Of a DNA stretch of 64,000 nucleotides, positions 60,882 to 64,000 are shown one piece after another. A program made the translations under genes and the position numbers. Each line of letters starts with the position of its first letter. Within the stretch, counting starts at the first letter, position 1. The stretch lies in contig JAVZCO010000001.1 of the NCBI GenBank assembly GCA_038874355.1, positions 434,159 to 498,158 of the forward strand. Direction: 5' to 3'. This stretch comes from Candidatus Pacearchaeota archaeon (lineage in GTDB: Archaea; Nanobdellota; Nanobdellia; Pacearchaeales; GW2011-AR1). Under the pieces are notes generated by a model. It ran no database searches. It was given only the letters and a program-made list of their open reading frames with translations, and had not been told where the DNA came from.

Positions 60882-61770
60882 AAAAAATAAAAAAATTAAA
60901 GCACTTGTTCTTTATTCGGGTGGTGTAGATTCAAGATTAGTCTGTAAAATTTTACAAGAACAACTAAAAATAGAGGCAATAACTTTTTTATTGCCTTTCA
61001 TAAAAAAAGAAAAATTAGAAAAATCTCTTTATTTTTTGAATAAAGAAAAAATAAAATATGAATTAATAGATGTTACAAAGGGAAAATTATTCAAAGAATA
61101 TATAAATATAATAAAAAAACCTAAGTTTGGAAGAGGAACTGCATTAAATCCTTGTATAGATTGCCATATTTTTTTATTAAAAAAAGCAAAAGAATATTCC
61201 AATAAGAAAAAAATAAAAATAATAGCTACAGGAGATGTATTAAATGAAAGACCATTTTCACAAACAAAAAAATCTCTTTTATTAATAGATAAAGAAATTG
61301 GTTTTGATGTTTTAAGGCCGTTATCAGCAAAACTTTTACCAGAAACTATTTATGAAAAAGAAAAATTAGTAGATAGAGAAAAATTTTTTTCTATACAGAG
61401 TAGGAGTAGAAAAAAACAAATTGAATTAGCAAAAAAATATAATATAGAATTTATTAATCCTGCTGGAGGATGTTTATTATGCGAAAAAGAGTATTGTAAA
61501 AAATTATTTCCTTTATTAAAAAAGAATAATATAACTTTTCATGATATAGAATTATTATCTATTGGAAGGCATTTTTTTTCCAATAAGATAATATTAGGGA
61601 GAAATAAAGAAGAAAATATGATTTTAGAAAAAGAAAAAGGAATCAAAATAATTCCTATAGGAAAAGGTCCAAGCGCTCTTGTTAAAAATAAAAAGTATAT
61701 AAAAAAGGCAAAAGAATTAATAAGAAGATATTCTAAGAATAAAATAGAAAAATTTATTATAAAATATTAA
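60874..61770 (+). CDS. PP-loop tRNA thiouridylase-like protein (ThiI/MnmA-like, DUF814-associated family)
   Basis: LYSGGVDS, NPCIDCH, RPFSQ, RPLSAKLL, PAGGCLL, GRH. Confidence 0.85.
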   Translation: MIKKNKKIKALVLYSGGVDSRLVCKILQEQLKIEAITFLLPFIKKEKLEKSLYFLNKEKIKYELIDVTKGKLFKEYINIIKKPKFGRGTALNPCIDCHIFLLKKAKEYSNKKKIKIIATGDVLNERPFSQTKKSLLLIDKEIGFDVLRPLSAKLLPETIYEKEKLVDREKFFSIQSRSRKKQIELAKKYNIEFINPAGGCLLCEKEYCKKLFPLLKKNNITFHDIELLSIGRHFFSNKIILGRNKEENMILEKEKGIKIIPIGKGPSALVKNKKYIKKAKELIRRYSKNKIEKFIIKY

Positions 61771-61778
61771 AATATTTT

Positions 61779-62147
61779 TTATTTCTTATTTTTTTCGGTA
61801 GCCCACTTAGTTAATAACATTACTGCAATAACTCCTAAAATAGTTATTATAATTGCAGCAATATATTCATAATAATAGGCTTCTTTATTCAAATTTAATC
61901 TTTTTACAATATTATTAACAGATTTTTCAATTGGAGTTCTCCATGTTAATGCTATGAGGAAAGCAAATGCTCCACTAATCGCAGTTACTATTTGTTTTTT
62001 AAATTCTCTTTTGAATTCGCTCGCAGACTCTTTTGCTTTTTGTTTAATTTTTTCAGTTAATTTTTTTTGAATTTCTTTTTGAATTTCTTTCTTTATTTCT
62101 TCTTTCTGTTGTAAAGTTAATTTATTACTTTCTTTTTCACTTTCCAT
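61779..62147 (-). CDS. Small membrane protein (DUF5654-like)
   Basis: AISGAFAFLIALTW plus a second TM. Confidence 0.75.
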   Translation of the reverse strand: MESEKESNKLTLQQKEEIKKEIQKEIQKKLTEKIKQKAKESASEFKREFKKQIVTAISGAFAFLIALTWRTPIEKSVNNIVKRLNLNKEAYYYEYIAAIIITILGVIAVMLLTKWATEKNKK

Positions 62148-62199
62148 TTTTAAAAAATAAAAAGATTATTTATAAATTTATTTATGTATTATAATCTTA

Positions 62200-63333
62200 T
62201 TATAATATTATTTTATTATCTTCAATTTTTCCTTCTTTTATTAGTTTATTATTAATATAAATTTTATAATATTTAACCTCTTTGTTTTTTATTTCTATCG
62301 TAAGTCCATTTATATTTTCTTCATATGAAGTTTCTATCATTATTTTTAATATGTCTTTATCTATAAAAGTTTCTGCATACAATTCTTCTCTCATAATCCA
62401 CCATTTTGCAACTTCTTTTAAAGTTGTTCTCCAAACATTCTTATCTTTCTGATAATCCAAAAATTTTTTTAATATTTTAAGATTTTTTTCATGTGGTAAT
62501 TTTTCTATATGACTTAAAAGAACAAAAACTCCTTCATTATCATAATAGATATCAAATCTTTTCTTTAATATATTATATCTATTTCTTTCAAATATAGGAA
62601 TTCTCGATTCCCAAAAAAAATCTCCATTTGTTATAATTTCTATAAGAGATAATTCACTAATATGAAAAGGATAAAATAAAGATTCCGCTATTCTTTTATT
62701 ATTCATTAATATCCAAGGAGAAACTCTAATACTTGAATCATAAAGAAATTTTTCTTCGTCTAAAATTTTAAATGTTTTTTTATCTATACCAAATGCCGGA
62801 GCCCTAAAACCTTTAATTTCCAATTCAGATTTTTCTAATATTTCTTTTCCTAAGAGAATCCTTCTCTTTTGTTCAGAGTAAGGAAGATTAGATAATTCTT
62901 TATAATTATTTTTTATAAGTATAGATTTTCTTCTTGAAAAATGAGTTAAACCATGCTGTGCTATTTCATTTCCTAACCCTTCTTGCTTTTTTAGATAAAC
63001 TCCTAAGTCGTTATCTTTTGTTATTTTATATATATTTTTATAATAAGGAATGACAAATAATGTTGTTTTAATATTGTAATCGTTAAGTAAATCCATAACT
63101 TTTTTTAATTCATCTAAATTTGTTAAAGCATCAATATCATCTATTGTAAATACTAAAACTCCTTTATAATCATTCGGCCATAATCCTATATTAATATTTT
63201 CATCAGAATTAAATAAAATTGCTGGTCCGAATAAAATATTTCTGTAATAAAAGAAAAATAAATAAAATAAAAAAGCGATAATAATAAGAATAATAATTTT
63301 TATAATTTTTCTTTGTTTAAGTAATTTTTCCAT
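62200..63333 (-). CDS. Membrane-anchored polysaccharide deacetylase (DUF2334-like)
   Basis: FTIDD, TLFVIP, EIAQHGLTH, GFRAPAF, YDSS. Confidence 0.85.
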   Translation of the reverse strand: MEKLLKQRKIIKIIILIIIAFLFYLFFFYYRNILFGPAILFNSDENINIGLWPNDYKGVLVFTIDDIDALTNLDELKKVMDLLNDYNIKTTLFVIPYYKNIYKITKDNDLGVYLKKQEGLGNEIAQHGLTHFSRRKSILIKNNYKELSNLPYSEQKRRILLGKEILEKSELEIKGFRAPAFGIDKKTFKILDEEKFLYDSSIRVSPWILMNNKRIAESLFYPFHISELSLIEIITNGDFFWESRIPIFERNRYNILKKRFDIYYDNEGVFVLLSHIEKLPHEKNLKILKKFLDYQKDKNVWRTTLKEVAKWWIMREELYAETFIDKDILKIMIETSYEENINGLTIEIKNKEVKYYKIYINNKLIKEGKIEDNKIIL

Positions 63334-63416
63334 AAGAAAAAAATTGAAGAGAATTTAAAAATCTTTTCTTTTATAATTTTATTACTTTATTCAAATATCT
63401 TTTTAATTTTGTTCAA

Positions 63417-63497
63417 CGCCCGCACCCGGAGTCGAACCGGGAAGCCCAAGAGGGCCAGGTGCTCCAGACCTGTGCACTACCGTTATGCGATGCGGGC
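63417..63497 (-). tRNA. tRNA-Ser(GGA)
   Basis: Reverse complement: GCCCGCA/TGCGGGC-G acceptor; CAGGT-CT-GGA-GC-ACCTG; variable arm GCCC-TCTT-GGGC; CCCGG-TTCGACT-CCGGG. Confidence 0.92.
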
Positions 63498-63516
63498 ATA
63501 AGATAAAAAATAAATT

Positions 63517-63822
63517 TTATTTCATTTCTATTTTTATACTTACACTTCTAGGAAAAGAAGTTCTCATTATAGAATGTAAAACTCTTTCATCAGAAGGCAA
63601 TTCTATTAATCTTTTAAATATTCTCATCTCAAATCTATCAAAAGTAGCAGTTCCATTTCCACATGGACTTTTTCTTGTTGTTATTTTTAATTTTCTTGTA
63701 GGCAAAGGTATTGGCCCAGAAATAGGAGTCCCCATTTTATTAGCAATATTTTTTATATTATTACAAATATCATTAAGAGCATCAATATCATAACTACTTA
63801 ATTTTATTCTTACTTTTGCCAT
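63517..63822 (-). CDS. rps10: 30S ribosomal protein S10 (uS10)
   Basis: GPIPLPT, TRKSPCGNG, RFEMRIFKRLI. Confidence 0.96.
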   Translation of the reverse strand: MAKVRIKLSSYDIDALNDICNNIKNIANKMGTPISGPIPLPTRKLKITTRKSPCGNGTATFDRFEMRIFKRLIELPSDERVLHSIMRTSFPRSVSIKIEMK

Positions 63823-63871
63823 AATTCTTTATGTTAAAGTTAATTTAAAAATCTTACTTTTAATAAAAAAT

Positions 63872-64000
63872 TTATTTTGCTACTTTTTTTACTGCTTGGG
63901 CAACAATTTTTACAACATCTCTATCTTTTATAGAAGGTAAAATTTTATTTATCTCTGGTTTAATCATATTTGCTAAAGCTTCTGCTGCTGCTATTTTCAT
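63872..64000 (-). CDS. C-terminus of a probable NAD(P)-dependent malic enzyme (truncated by the window edge)
   Basis: Manual translation MKIAAAEALANMIKPEINKILPSIKDRDVVKIVAQAVKKVAK*. Confidence 0.7.
   Translation of the reverse strand: MKIAAAEALANMIKPEINKILPSIKDRDVVKIVAQAVKKVAK

Overview
Very AT-rich archaeal chromosome segment, most consistent with a DPANN archaeon, probably Pacearchaeota-like (inferred from gene content, not from a database search). Supporting features: archaeal RNA polymerase with unsplit B and fused A'/A'' subunits, aEF-2/aEF-1alpha, archaeal DnaG, proteasome beta, aCPSF1, class I CCA enzyme, oapABC, BRE-TATA promoters, tRNA-Ile(UAU) and a bacterial-type GroES/GroEL. Most of the window is core housekeeping plus surface proteins and ORFans. 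It also carries an nrdR-nrdD-nrdG operon with tandem NrdR boxes and three tRNAs: Ile-UAU with an intron, Lys-UUU and Ser-GGA. The main accessory region is a ~6.8 kb island directly after tRNA-Lys (15026-21880). It contains a SagB/ThcOx remnant, a Zn-protease/ProRS-C-terminus chimera, a frameshifted MccF-like S66 peptidase and a type III restriction remnant. It also holds an intact 4-gene cassette (peptidase E, stand-alone AlaRS catalytic-domain paralog, radical SAM, aldo-keto reductase) bracketed by two identical 216-bp GC-rich direct repeats. Other standout observations are a condensin-type SMC whose hinge appears replaced by a Rad50-like CPLC zinc hook, a membrane-anchored lytic transglycosylase in an archaeon, a stand-alone RNAP-alphaCTD-like protein, and a 21-bp perfect inverted repeat forming a structured leader in front of dnaG. 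All family calls are from motif recognition by eye.
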